This document shows, piece after piece, positions 26,179 to 34,145 of a stretch of 44,356 bases of DNA (the first letter of the stretch is position 1; each line of letters starts with the position of its first letter). Source of the stretch: Candidatus Hadarchaeia archaeon (GTDB lineage: Archaea; Hadarchaeota; Hadarchaeia; Hadarchaeales; JAGGTB01); NCBI GenBank assembly GCA_046538535.1, contig JBKHIS010000001.1, forward strand, positions 1 through 44,356, given 5' to 3'. The notes under the pieces are model-generated. The model made no database searches. It was not told the DNA's origin and saw only the letters and a program-made list of their open reading frames with translations. The position numbers and the translations under genes are program-made.

Positions 26179-27126
26179 TCAATATATTCCTTTATCTTCA
26201 TCTAATCCGAGTTCGAATTGTTCTTGAAGTATTTCGTAGGCTGCTTCAGGTGGTATTATTCCTCGTTCCGTTATAATTAAATCTATATATTCAGAAGGCG
26301 TTACGTCAAAAGCGGGGTTTCTTATTTTCACTTTGGGTAATTCTTCGGGGTCTATTACTTCAGCTGGATCTCTCTCCTCTATCTTGATGAGTTCTCCCAC
26401 GATTGTGGAGGGATGAAATTTGTAGCTTTCAGCAGCTACGAAAGTCGTTACTCTGGCTTCATGAGCGGAGAGAGCGATTTGTGAGGTTCCGATCTTGTTT
26501 ACAACCGCACCGTTTGCTGAGATACTGTCGGCCCCCACGATCACCTTGTCAACCTCCTTCATAAAGTATCTAGCTGCTGAATCAACGATTAAGGTAACAG
26601 GGATATTATCTTCGCTCAGTTCCCGGGCCGTGATGTGCCCCTGATGCCGAGGTCTTGCTTCAGTAGCTAAAACTTCTATTTCTCTCCCTTTTTCGTGGGC
26701 ATTTTTTATGACGGCAAGAGCGTTAGAGCTATTACAATGGGTCATAATGGTGTCGCCGTCGGATATCCTTCTCGACCCGATTTTTCCTATTTTTTTCGTT
26801 GCTCTTTTTGAGTTCTGAATGAATTTATCCGCTCTGGACTTTAGATGGTTTTTAAGTTCATTCAAATTTTTTTCTTCTGCCAACTCCTTCAGATCTTTCT
26901 CTATGTATCTAATAGCGTTGGAAAGGGAAACGGCAGTAGGTCTAGTGTCTTTTAAAATCTTTCCTGCTTTGTTTATCTTTCTTAAAAAGTCGGAAGCCTC
27001 GTCTACACTAATTTCTTTGGTTTCTTCCTTCAGGGCTCTTGCGGCAGCTCTACCGATCTTTCCGGCGCCCCTGATTTCCATCTCTTCTATTTTTTTCGCC
27101 GTGTTTTTCACTTTCTGAGATACCAT
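26179..27126 (-). CDS. e2b2: Ribose-1,5-bisphosphate isomerase (eIF-2B alpha/beta/delta-like, e2b2 family)
   Basis: 315 aa. IEEMEIRGAGKIGRAAA, TRPTAVSLSNAIRY and VIVGADSISANGAVVNKIGT motifs. The size and N-terminus match the archaeal R15P isomerase rather than the longer MtnA. Confidence 0.8.
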   Translation of the reverse strand: MVSQKVKNTAKKIEEMEIRGAGKIGRAAARALKEETKEISVDEASDFLRKINKAGKILKDTRPTAVSLSNAIRYIEKDLKELAEEKNLNELKNHLKSRADKFIQNSKRATKKIGKIGSRRISDGDTIMTHCNSSNALAVIKNAHEKGREIEVLATEARPRHQGHITARELSEDNIPVTLIVDSAARYFMKEVDKVIVGADSISANGAVVNKIGTSQIALSAHEARVTTFVAAESYKFHPSTIVGELIKIEERDPAEVIDPEELPKVKIRNPAFDVTPSEYIDLIITERGIIPPEAAYEILQEQFELGLDEDKGIY

Positions 27127-27231
27127 ATTTACCCAGTTGAATAATGTATTGGTTGTCCTAACAAATTATCGGTTTCAAGACGGATTGCTTTAGCTTTCTC
27201 TATAAAGAATAAAAGCTGAACTTAATTTACT

Positions 27232-27558
<327 letters not shown>

Positions 27559-27598
27559 CTACTAATAGAAACAAGTTATTTTCATTGTGAGCTTCAGG

Positions 27599-27662
27599 TG
27601 CGCTCGGAACTCAAGATCCACATCATCTTTTAGGTCAGTAAAGCCAAGTTCGTCATCGCGCG
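27599..27662 (-). ncRNA. Candidate box C/D sRNA
   Basis: Minus strand reads CGCGCG-ATGACGA(C)-ACTTGGCTTTA-CTGA(D prime)-CCTAAAAG-ATGATGT(C prime)-GGATCTTGAGTT-CCGA(D)-GCGC. Spacers are 11 and 12 nt and the internal loop is 8 nt. GCGC flanks can form a terminal stem. Boxes C and D both carry C at the position of the usual U-U pair. Confidence 0.4.
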
Positions 27663-27726
27663 ATTTCATTTAAGTTTTATTTGCTTTTACTTTTTCTTTT
27701 GAGGAAGGTGATCGAGGCAAAGAATT

Positions 27727-28881
27727 TTAATCCAATTCGATCTTTTTGTTCCACATTTTTTCCGCAAGGCTTCCTTCGTACATCATTTTTTTGACCAACT
27801 CCTCTCCTTTTTCTTTCTTTTTTCTTTCATGTTCTGTTAAAAACTCTCCGAGCTTATCCGAAAGAATTTCCTTTATCTCCCCTGTTAACATATCCCCCTC
27901 TCCATAACTGTTTTTTATCTCTTTGATTCTATCATCGTTCTCCATAAATAGATTATAAAGCCACTGATAGGAGACGTCGACTCTGAGGTCCGCGCCCCTT
28001 TTTCTGTGTTCCTCAACTGTATTTTGTCCGCCGGAGTAGGCTTTCTTCATTATCTTTGCTCTTGCCTTTTCCGGAGTATCGTTTAGCATGACCGCGCTCT
28101 CTGGCTTTGAAGATGACATTTTTCCTTCGGGGCCGGTGAGAGCTGGAAGCAGTTTGTTGTGTATCTGGGCCGCTTTCTCATGACCGAGTTTTGGAGCGAT
28201 GTCTCTCTGCACTCTCCAGTAAGGGTCTTGATCGATACCTGCGGGAATCAGACAGCGCTTGTCTTCGAAAAACGTAGGTATTATTTGAAGTGCAGGATAA
28301 AAATTTAGACCTATATTGGTGGAGGAGTCGAAGCCAAAGACGGCGGAGGCTAAAGAGTTGTTTATTTTTCTGGCAACTTTGGTGGCACCCTTGTACATAT
28401 GTCCGATATATTCAGTGTTTCTGAATATGAACGTTTTTTCAGGATCAAATCCAACTACTGCTACATCTTTTAGATTATCCCTTGCAAATTTTTCTATATC
28501 TTTGTAATTCACTTCCCGACTCCAATATTTTTCGTCATCCGGAAATTGGATATATACATTTACATCGAATTTTTCTTGAATCCATTGAGTCATTTGGAAC
28601 GATATAATATGTCCTATATGCATTGGTCCTGAGGGCCCAATTCCTGTGTATAAAAAGAATCCCTTTCCATCTTCGTATTCTTCCAAGATTTTATCCATAT
28701 CTCTATGTGAGAAGTAAAACCCTCGTCGCAAATAGAGGTGTTCTTCTCTGCAGATCCCCTTTATTCTCCTACGTAGGTTTGTGGTTATTTTATCTGTTCC
28801 GAACTTTTCCAATAACTTTTTGTAGTTTATGTTGCCTTCCGTGTCCCAGGGAGTCACTTTAAAATCCTTGCCTTCTGTCAT
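27727..28881 (-). CDS. trpS: Tryptophanyl-tRNA synthetase, archaeal/eukaryotic type
   Basis: 384 aa. VTPWDTEG..NYKKLLEKFG, RRGFYFSHRDMDKIL, FLYTGIGPSGPMHIGH, IQFPDDEKYW, AIDQDPYWR, KMSSS and AYSGGQNTVEEHRKRGADLRVDVSYQWL closely parallel eukaryotic/archaeal TrpRS. Confidence 0.93.
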   Translation of the reverse strand: MTEGKDFKVTPWDTEGNINYKKLLEKFGTDKITTNLRRRIKGICREEHLYLRRGFYFSHRDMDKILEEYEDGKGFFLYTGIGPSGPMHIGHIISFQMTQWIQEKFDVNVYIQFPDDEKYWSREVNYKDIEKFARDNLKDVAVVGFDPEKTFIFRNTEYIGHMYKGATKVARKINNSLASAVFGFDSSTNIGLNFYPALQIIPTFFEDKRCLIPAGIDQDPYWRVQRDIAPKLGHEKAAQIHNKLLPALTGPEGKMSSSKPESAVMLNDTPEKARAKIMKKAYSGGQNTVEEHRKRGADLRVDVSYQWLYNLFMENDDRIKEIKNSYGEGDMLTGEIKEILSDKLGEFLTEHERKKKEKGEELVKKMMYEGSLAEKMWNKKIELD

Positions 28882-28948
28882 GTTATCTCCTTATAGAAAA
28901 AGCGGTGATCCATATTTTTAGTTTTGGAATCTCTTTTCACTTTCATAT

Positions 28949-29485
28949 TTATAACTTCTCCCTCATCATCGAGTAATATGTGACATCCCCCTCGTCGTCA
29001 ACTACGCCAAAGATCATCTTTTTCCTCACGCCATGAGCGAGCCGGACCGCCCTTGCTATGTCCTGGGGAGTTAGTTGCGTGTTTTCCGAGATAGCGTGCA
29101 CGAGATATGGAGAATGACTTGAACCAGGTGACTCTCCTCTTTCGTACACCCTAAAATGAGCCCCATATTTTAGTCCGGTTTTTACCACGAGCCCTCTTGA
29201 CTTCAGATTTTCATAAACTCGATATTTCAGCATCATCTCTGGATCTTCCGCCGAAAGTCTTGAAAGAAGTTCTTCAAACCCCAAGAGGTCCTCGCTTTCT
29301 TTGTCTGCTATCTCTATTTTTTCTCTATCCAAGAGGAATAGGGCTTCGACTGGAGCAAGTTGGAGTTTCCCCCCGGACAGCGTTTTTCCGATGGCTCCTT
29401 TTTGGTGTATACGGTTAGCTTGGGATTCCTCAGGTACTATTATTCTTTCCTTGAAATACAACGCTTTTGGTGTTTCTTCTTCCAT
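28949..29485 (-). CDS. endA: tRNA-splicing endonuclease EndA (short, homotetramer-type length)
   Basis: 178 aa. LKYRVYENLKSRGLVVKTGLKYGAHFRVYERG, HSPYLVH and VRLAHGVRKKMIFGVVDDEGDVTYY closely resemble the 179-aa Methanocaldococcus-type EndA. Confidence 0.92.
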   Translation of the reverse strand: MEEETPKALYFKERIIVPEESQANRIHQKGAIGKTLSGGKLQLAPVEALFLLDREKIEIADKESEDLLGFEELLSRLSAEDPEMMLKYRVYENLKSRGLVVKTGLKYGAHFRVYERGESPGSSHSPYLVHAISENTQLTPQDIARAVRLAHGVRKKMIFGVVDDEGDVTYYSMMREKL

Positions 29486-29576
29486 CTTACCCTCTCGGTA
29501 TGCTTATTTCTTTTGGATTAAAATTATTCCTTGCCGAAATTCCCCGTAACTCTTAAATAAGTTCGCCAAGATAAAT

Positions 29577-29602
29577 AATTGTCGAAAGATATATCGACAA
29601 TT
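29577..29602. promoter_or_regulatory. Perfect 9-bp inverted repeat upstream of endA
   Basis: AATTGTCGA-aagatata-TCGACAATT, about 92-117 nt upstream of the endA ATG. It abuts the TATA-like AATTATTTAT on the minus strand. Confidence 0.45.
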
Positions 29603-29775
29603 GTCTTTAATCCGGGGGGTGCTCCTGGCGATGGTGAAAAAGATAAGCTGAGAAGCCATTTCTTTCTGTGATGTCTCACCTCCAGCCAAGTCGGGAAATC
29701 CCTCCGGTGACTTAACTGACTTTTATTATTTCCGCTATTTCTGTTTGCGGTTTTAAATTCCTTGGAAAGAGTGTA

Positions 29776-29910
29776 TGGGGCCACCCGGATTTGAACCGGG
29801 GTCTGCAGGTTTCTCCGTCAGCTCCAGCGGGTCATCATCTTGACCATCAGTTTTGGAATTTTTATAGGCCGCTGGAGCCTGCCATGCTAGCCTGACTACA
29901 CCACGGCCCC
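29776..29910 (-). tRNA. tRNA-Trp (anticodon CCA) with a 61-nt intron at the canonical 37/38 position; CCA not encoded
   Basis: Exon 1 is GGGGCCGTGGTGTAGTCAGGCTAGCATGGCAGGCTCCAG (29910-29872). Exon 2 is ACCTGCAGACCCCGGTTCAAATCCGGGTGGCCCCA (29810-29776). Hand-folded cloverleaf: acceptor GGGGCCG/TGGCCCC, anticodon stem GCAGG/CCTGC, loop CUCCAGA, T arm CCCGG-TTCAAAT-CCGGG. Confidence 0.9.
29811..29871 (-). ncRNA. tRNA-Trp intron with box C/D-like elements
   Basis: The intron is CGGCCTATAAAAATTCCAAAACTGATGGTCAAGATGATGACCCGCTGGAGCTGACGGAGAA. ATGATGA (29838-29832) is followed by a 10-nt spacer and CTGA (29821-29818). The spacer plus the first box D nt (CCGCTGGAGC) is perfectly complementary to tRNA G31-G37 plus the first 3 intron nt. 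Confidence 0.7.
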
Positions 29911-29930
29911 ACTTCAATCAACTCTCTCGA

Positions 29931-29947
29931 TAAAATCATAAAAAAAG
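29931..29947 (-). promoter_or_regulatory. Candidate TATA box for tRNA-Trp
   Basis: Minus-strand TTTTTTTATGATTTTA is centred about 28 nt upstream of tRNA position 1. Confidence 0.45.
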
Positions 29948-30060
29948 CTGTCGGGGAGGATAAGAATTATCTCTTAAATAGAGAAGTTCTAATAAATTTT
30001 TTGAAGCTTTCTTGGAGGGTCAAATCCTTTAATGGGGGAAAACAAAAGGTCTCTGGGAAA

Positions 30061-30489
30061 ATGGTCAGAGTTAACGTGGACATAAATCAGGTCTCAGCTG
30101 AGAAGCTGTGGTCCTCTGAAAAGAAAATGCCGAATAAGATAAAGATTTCCAGCAACGTAAATATCGTTGAGGTCGAGAAGGGCGGAAAGAATTCTCTCAC
30201 TGTTCCATTTGTTGTGACGTTTGGATACAACCCTTCGATAGCACAGATCAGCCTTAAGGGCGAGGCTAAAATTGGGGGTAAAGAATCCGAAATAGACGAG
30301 ATAAGGAGCAGATACGAAAATAAGGAGAGCCCTCCTACCCGCCTTATACAACAGATAACGAATAATTCCATTGCTGAGGCCACGATGCTTTCACGAACTC
30401 TGAATATACCACCCCCCATCCCTTTTCCTTCATCTAGCGGATCAAAGTCGAAGGATACTGGGAGAACTAGCTTAAACTATGTGGGCTAA
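30061..30489 (+). CDS. Hypothetical protein
   Basis: 142 aa from the ATG at 30061 (MVRVNVDINQ). The ORF track extends it to a TTG at 30001. I recognised no family. The C-terminus is Pro/Ser-rich. Confidence 0.5.
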   Translation: MVRVNVDINQVSAEKLWSSEKKMPNKIKISSNVNIVEVEKGGKNSLTVPFVVTFGYNPSIAQISLKGEAKIGGKESEIDEIRSRYENKESPPTRLIQQITNNSIAEATMLSRTLNIPPPIPFPSSSGSKSKDTGRTSLNYVG

Positions 30490-30587
30490 TCCCCTCCTGG
30501 GCTTTTAATCTATAACTGCAATCAACTTCAGGCGGATTGCTTTTCCTTATCTGGTTTACCCTTGTTTTAGTTTGGAATTCGTTACAA

Positions 30588-31304
30588 TCAAGCGGTTCTA
30601 ATCTTGCTGTTATTCTTAGAAGCGTGTTCCAGGGCATTTTTTGCGTGTATTTCAGTGGTATTTAGGAGAGGCAGAGCCAAGTCGCTTTGGTTGAGGAGTA
30701 AAGGGAGTTCGGTACAAGCAAGAATAACTGAGTCTATATTCTTTTCTCGCTCCATTTTATCAATTATTTCGATAATTTTCCTCTTCGTTTCTTCAAGTAT
30801 TTTTCCTCTGGTGAGTTCCTTCACGATTTTTTCGTGAACGTATTTTCGCTCCTTAGGTTCTGGAATAAAAGTTTCTATATCCCTTTCAATGAGCTCTTCA
30901 TCGTATAGCCCATCTTCCATCGTGTATTTGGTTCCTAGGATCCCCATCCTTCTATGGTTTTCCGCTTCCGCGACCTCTGCAGTGGCTTCTATTATGCTGA
31001 TTAGGGGTATCGGAGATCTGCTTTTTACCTCATCGAAGAATTTGTGAGGGGTATTTGATGCTATTAATCCGAAATTCGCTCCTGCTTGAGCCAGTGAGTT
31101 TATTCCTTTGAACAGAAAGTCAATTGCTTCTGCTTCAGTCCCTGATTCCATGATTCTTCCGAATTCAGCAAGGTTTACGCTGTATATTATTATTTCAGGA
31201 TAGTCTTCGTTATCTTGGTTTTTTCTCGGCTCGGCGTTTAGTATTCTATAGTACTCAATTGTGGATTCGGGCGAAAGTCCTCCTAGTATTCCAATTTTTT
31301 TCAT
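30588..31304 (-). CDS. Aspartate/glutamate racemase family protein (aspartate racemase-like)
   Basis: MKKIGILGGLSPESTIEYY, LIASNTPH and ILACTELPLL (two catalytic Cys/Thr regions). The ATG at 31304 is preceded by GGTGAT-AAAA. The ORF track uses a TTG at 31316. Confidence 0.85.
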   Translation of the reverse strand: MKKIGILGGLSPESTIEYYRILNAEPRKNQDNEDYPEIIIYSVNLAEFGRIMESGTEAEAIDFLFKGINSLAQAGANFGLIASNTPHKFFDEVKSRSPIPLISIIEATAEVAEAENHRRMGILGTKYTMEDGLYDEELIERDIETFIPEPKERKYVHEKIVKELTRGKILEETKRKIIEIIDKMEREKNIDSVILACTELPLLLNQSDLALPLLNTTEIHAKNALEHASKNNSKIRTA

Positions 31305-31470
31305 TTTTATCACCAACTATCCTTTATCTTAATTTGTTATTACAGGCTTGGTCCATTTATCCACCAAGAGGAGCTGATAGTTCATTCCCCGGAGTTTTTC
31401 GGTAAAAAGATTTAAGGAATTGTATTGGATTTAGAGTTTTTGTGGCGTTAGTTTTTATTGGTGCTTAGAT

Positions 31471-33498
31471 ATGAAGCTCATTGTGGCCGAAAAGCCATCT
31501 GCGGCGGAGAGAATTGCCAGGTCGATTTCACCTAGGGACGTGAATCAGAAGAGAAGTGGAAAAGTAAGATATTACGAGTTTGAGGAAGACGGGAATAGGA
31601 TAGTCGTCGCGCCCTGTGCTGGGCATCTTTTTGGCCTTACGACAAAGAAGGATGGCTATCCTGTCTTGTTTGCGGAATACAAGCCCATGAATGAGATAGA
31701 GGATGATGCGAAATATTTGGAAGAATACATAGATCTCATAAAAGAGGTTGGAAAAAAGGCCGATGAATTCATATCTGCGGCAGACTACGATACCGAAGGC
31801 TCGGTTATAGCTTATAACGCCTTCAGGTTCTGTCTTTCTTCCGATGTTCCGAAGTCCGCAAGGAGAATGAAGTTTTCGTCCTTGACCTCAAGTGAGCTTC
31901 GTCGGGCCTATCGAAATATGAGCGAAGAGTTGGATTGGGGCATGGTTCACGCTGGTCTTGCCAGGGCATATATGGACTTTATTTGGGGACTTACCACTTC
32001 AAGGGCGCTTATGAAATGTTTGGAGAATTCGGGGGAGAAAGGAACGCTTTCGGCGGGCCGTGTTCAGACGCCTACGCTAAAGATGTTGGCTGAGAGGGAA
32101 AGGGAGATTGATAACTTCGAACCAGAGCCCTACTGGTTGGTGGAACTGCACCTTGCAGTGAATGGGGAGAAAATCAAAGTAAAGACGAAAAAGATCTGGG
32201 AAAAGGAGCGCGCGGAAAAGCTTCGGGATAAATATAGTGGAGAAAGTGCATTTGTAAGTTTTGTTGGAGAGGAAATTAGAAGTAGATACCCGCCGAGTCC
32301 ATTTAATCTTTCCGATCTTCAATCCGAAGGCAGTTCAAAGCTTAACTATGCTCCGGCTAAAGTCCAATCCATAGCTCAAGATCTCTATGATAGGGCCCTC
32401 ATTAGTTATCCGAGAACATCATCTCAAAAGCTTCCCCAGGACCTTAATTATAGGAAGGTAATACAAAAACTTAGCAGCGTTTCCTCTTTGGAAGCTTCTG
32501 TTCGGTCCATTCTTTCTAAGAAAAAACTTTCTCCTAATGAGGGCGATAAGGATGATCCTGCCCATCCTGCGATATATCCTACCCGGGCGCCCAAGAAAAA
32601 ACTCAATAGTGAAAGGTGGGACATTTATGAGCTTGTTTCTAGAAGGTTCCTCGCTACTTTCTCCGATCCGGCTAAAATTGTGTCTCAAAAGATAGTCTTG
32701 TCTGTTGAGGGGGACGAATTCGAAGCAAGCGGGAAGTATTATACGGATGATGGCTGGCTTAAGATATATGGACGTTTTGCAAGGAAGAACGAGGATCCCC
32801 TCCCCGAGGTTTCGGAAGGTGACGAGCTGGAGGTAGAGGAAGCTAAGCTGCTTGAAAGAAAAACTAATCCTCCCCGAAGATATACTAAGAGTTCGATAAT
32901 AAAGGAGATGGAAAGAAAAAACATTGGCACGAAGGCCACTAGGGCTCCTATTCTTGAGAAGCTCCGGGAAAGGTCCTATATTGAGGAGGGCAGAAAAATA
33001 AAAGTCACTAGACTTGGTTTATCCGTTATAGATTCGGTGGAAACTCATGTTCCTGAGATAACGAAGATTGATTTGACAAGAGATTTCGAGAATAAAATGG
33101 AGATGATACGGGATGGAAAAACTAGTCACTACCGTGTGGTAAATGAAGCGAGGAACAGGTTGAAGGAGATATCTGAGGAGTTTAGAAAAAATGAGAAAGA
33201 TATTGGGGACACATTGGCTGAAGCAAAAAGGAGAATAAGGAAAAGAAAGAAGGAACAGAAATCTCTAGGGGAATGTCCTGAATGCGGAGAGGGAAGCATC
33301 ATTGTTAAAAGGTCAAAGAAGGACAAAAAATTTGCTGGCTGTGAGTGCTATCCGGAATGTGAAAATAGTTACTCGACGCCGCAGAAGCACTTTCGAATTT
33401 TGAAGTCTTCCTGTGAAGAGTGTGGTTTGAGACTTCTCTCCTTGGAGGGTAAACACGGAAGATTTCATCTCTGCGTTAATTGTGGACCTGTGAACTAG
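31471..33498 (+). CDS. topA: DNA topoisomerase, type IA
   Basis: 675 aa. Toprim domain (MKLIVAEKPSAA, ADYDTEGS), active-site Tyr region LISYPRTSSQ, and C-terminal Zn-ribbons (CPECGEGS..CECYPEC; CEECG..CVNCG). Confidence 0.9.
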   Translation: MKLIVAEKPSAAERIARSISPRDVNQKRSGKVRYYEFEEDGNRIVVAPCAGHLFGLTTKKDGYPVLFAEYKPMNEIEDDAKYLEEYIDLIKEVGKKADEFISAADYDTEGSVIAYNAFRFCLSSDVPKSARRMKFSSLTSSELRRAYRNMSEELDWGMVHAGLARAYMDFIWGLTTSRALMKCLENSGEKGTLSAGRVQTPTLKMLAEREREIDNFEPEPYWLVELHLAVNGEKIKVKTKKIWEKERAEKLRDKYSGESAFVSFVGEEIRSRYPPSPFNLSDLQSEGSSKLNYAPAKVQSIAQDLYDRALISYPRTSSQKLPQDLNYRKVIQKLSSVSSLEASVRSILSKKKLSPNEGDKDDPAHPAIYPTRAPKKKLNSERWDIYELVSRRFLATFSDPAKIVSQKIVLSVEGDEFEASGKYYTDDGWLKIYGRFARKNEDPLPEVSEGDELEVEEAKLLERKTNPPRRYTKSSIIKEMERKNIGTKATRAPILEKLRERSYIEEGRKIKVTRLGLSVIDSVETHVPEITKIDLTRDFENKMEMIRDGKTSHYRVVNEARNRLKEISEEFRKNEKDIGDTLAEAKRRIRKRKKEQKSLGECPECGEGSIIVKRSKKDKKFAGCECYPECENSYSTPQKHFRILKSSCEECGLRLLSLEGKHGRFHLCVNCGPVN

Positions 33499-33594
33499 CG
33501 CTTTAATTCTATCCTCAGCCCAATTTTAAGCACAGTTCTATTATTTTTTAAAGTCTGAGTAGAAAAAATAACATAACAGGAGGGACTTATTCCT

Positions 33595-33726
33595 ATGACT
33601 TGTGAACTTTGTGGCACTGGATCTAGAAGGATGTTCAAGGTCAGGGATGCTAAATCAGATGTTCACACAATTTGTAAGGCTTGCTTGAATATGTGCCATA
33701 ACAAGTACGAGAGTATAAAAAAATAG
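33595..33726 (+). CDS. Small zinc-ribbon-like protein (43 aa), absent from the ORF track
   Basis: MTCELCGTGSRRMFKVRDAKSDVHTICKACLNMCHNKYESIKK has a CxxC..CxxC arrangement. AGGAGGGA lies about 8 nt upstream of the ATG. Confidence 0.45.
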   Translation: MTCELCGTGSRRMFKVRDAKSDVHTICKACLNMCHNKYESIKK

Positions 33727-33761
33727 TTCTCTCTAGCTGGATTCTGACAAAAGATGATTTT

Positions 33762-34076
33762 TTAGCTCAGCTTTTTTAGAAACAGGACGACCAGTTTGGT
33801 TTCGGGTTCAATCTTATTATTCAACGAGTATTCGAGTTTTTTCATAGACTTTTCTCTATTTCTAGAACCGGTTTCGTGGATTAGAATTTCTTCAGGTATA
33901 TCTTTTGCTTTTTTCTTCGTTTTTAGAATTATTTCTGCTTTAAGTTCCACGTACTGGAATGCAAGAGTTACTTTCTCTCCGGGTTCTGGATATACATCTT
34001 TTTTCCTTATAACCGGAAACAATCTTTCGTTGGACTTGGGATAATTATGGTTCAGGGCTATGTATCTCTTTGTCAT
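33762..34076 (-). CDS. Hypothetical protein
   Basis: 104-aa basic ORF. No confident family assignment (possibly a small beta-barrel, ASCH-like). Confidence 0.45.
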   Translation of the reverse strand: MTKRYIALNHNYPKSNERLFPVIRKKDVYPEPGEKVTLAFQYVELKAEIILKTKKKAKDIPEEILIHETGSRNREKSMKKLEYSLNNKIEPETKLVVLFLKKLS

Positions 34077-34145
34077 TTAGTTCACCGCGCAAGTCCGTGT
34101 TATTAATCAGGATATGATTAAAATTTATGAAATTATTTTTTGATT

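Noticed and set aside
27560-27668. Short minus-strand ORF (MKSRDDELGFTDLKDD...) in the trpS-proteolipid gap
   Set aside because: It is very short, with no SD and no recognisable fold. The same sequence is better explained by the box C/D arrangement with canonical spacer lengths.
29504-29784. 61-aa and 86-aa minus-strand ORFs in the tRNA-Trp/endA spacer
   Set aside because: Their composition is basic and low-complexity. The only SD-like GGAGGTGA is about 17 nt from the ATG, which is too far. The longer ORF would run into the tRNA 3' end. The region is more likely non-coding RNA or regulatory DNA.
30001-30060. TTG-initiated 20-codon N-terminal extension of the 30061 ORF
   Set aside because: The extension would start inside the A/T-rich promoter region shared with tRNA-Trp. 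The ATG at 30061 is the simpler start. The evidence is weak either way.
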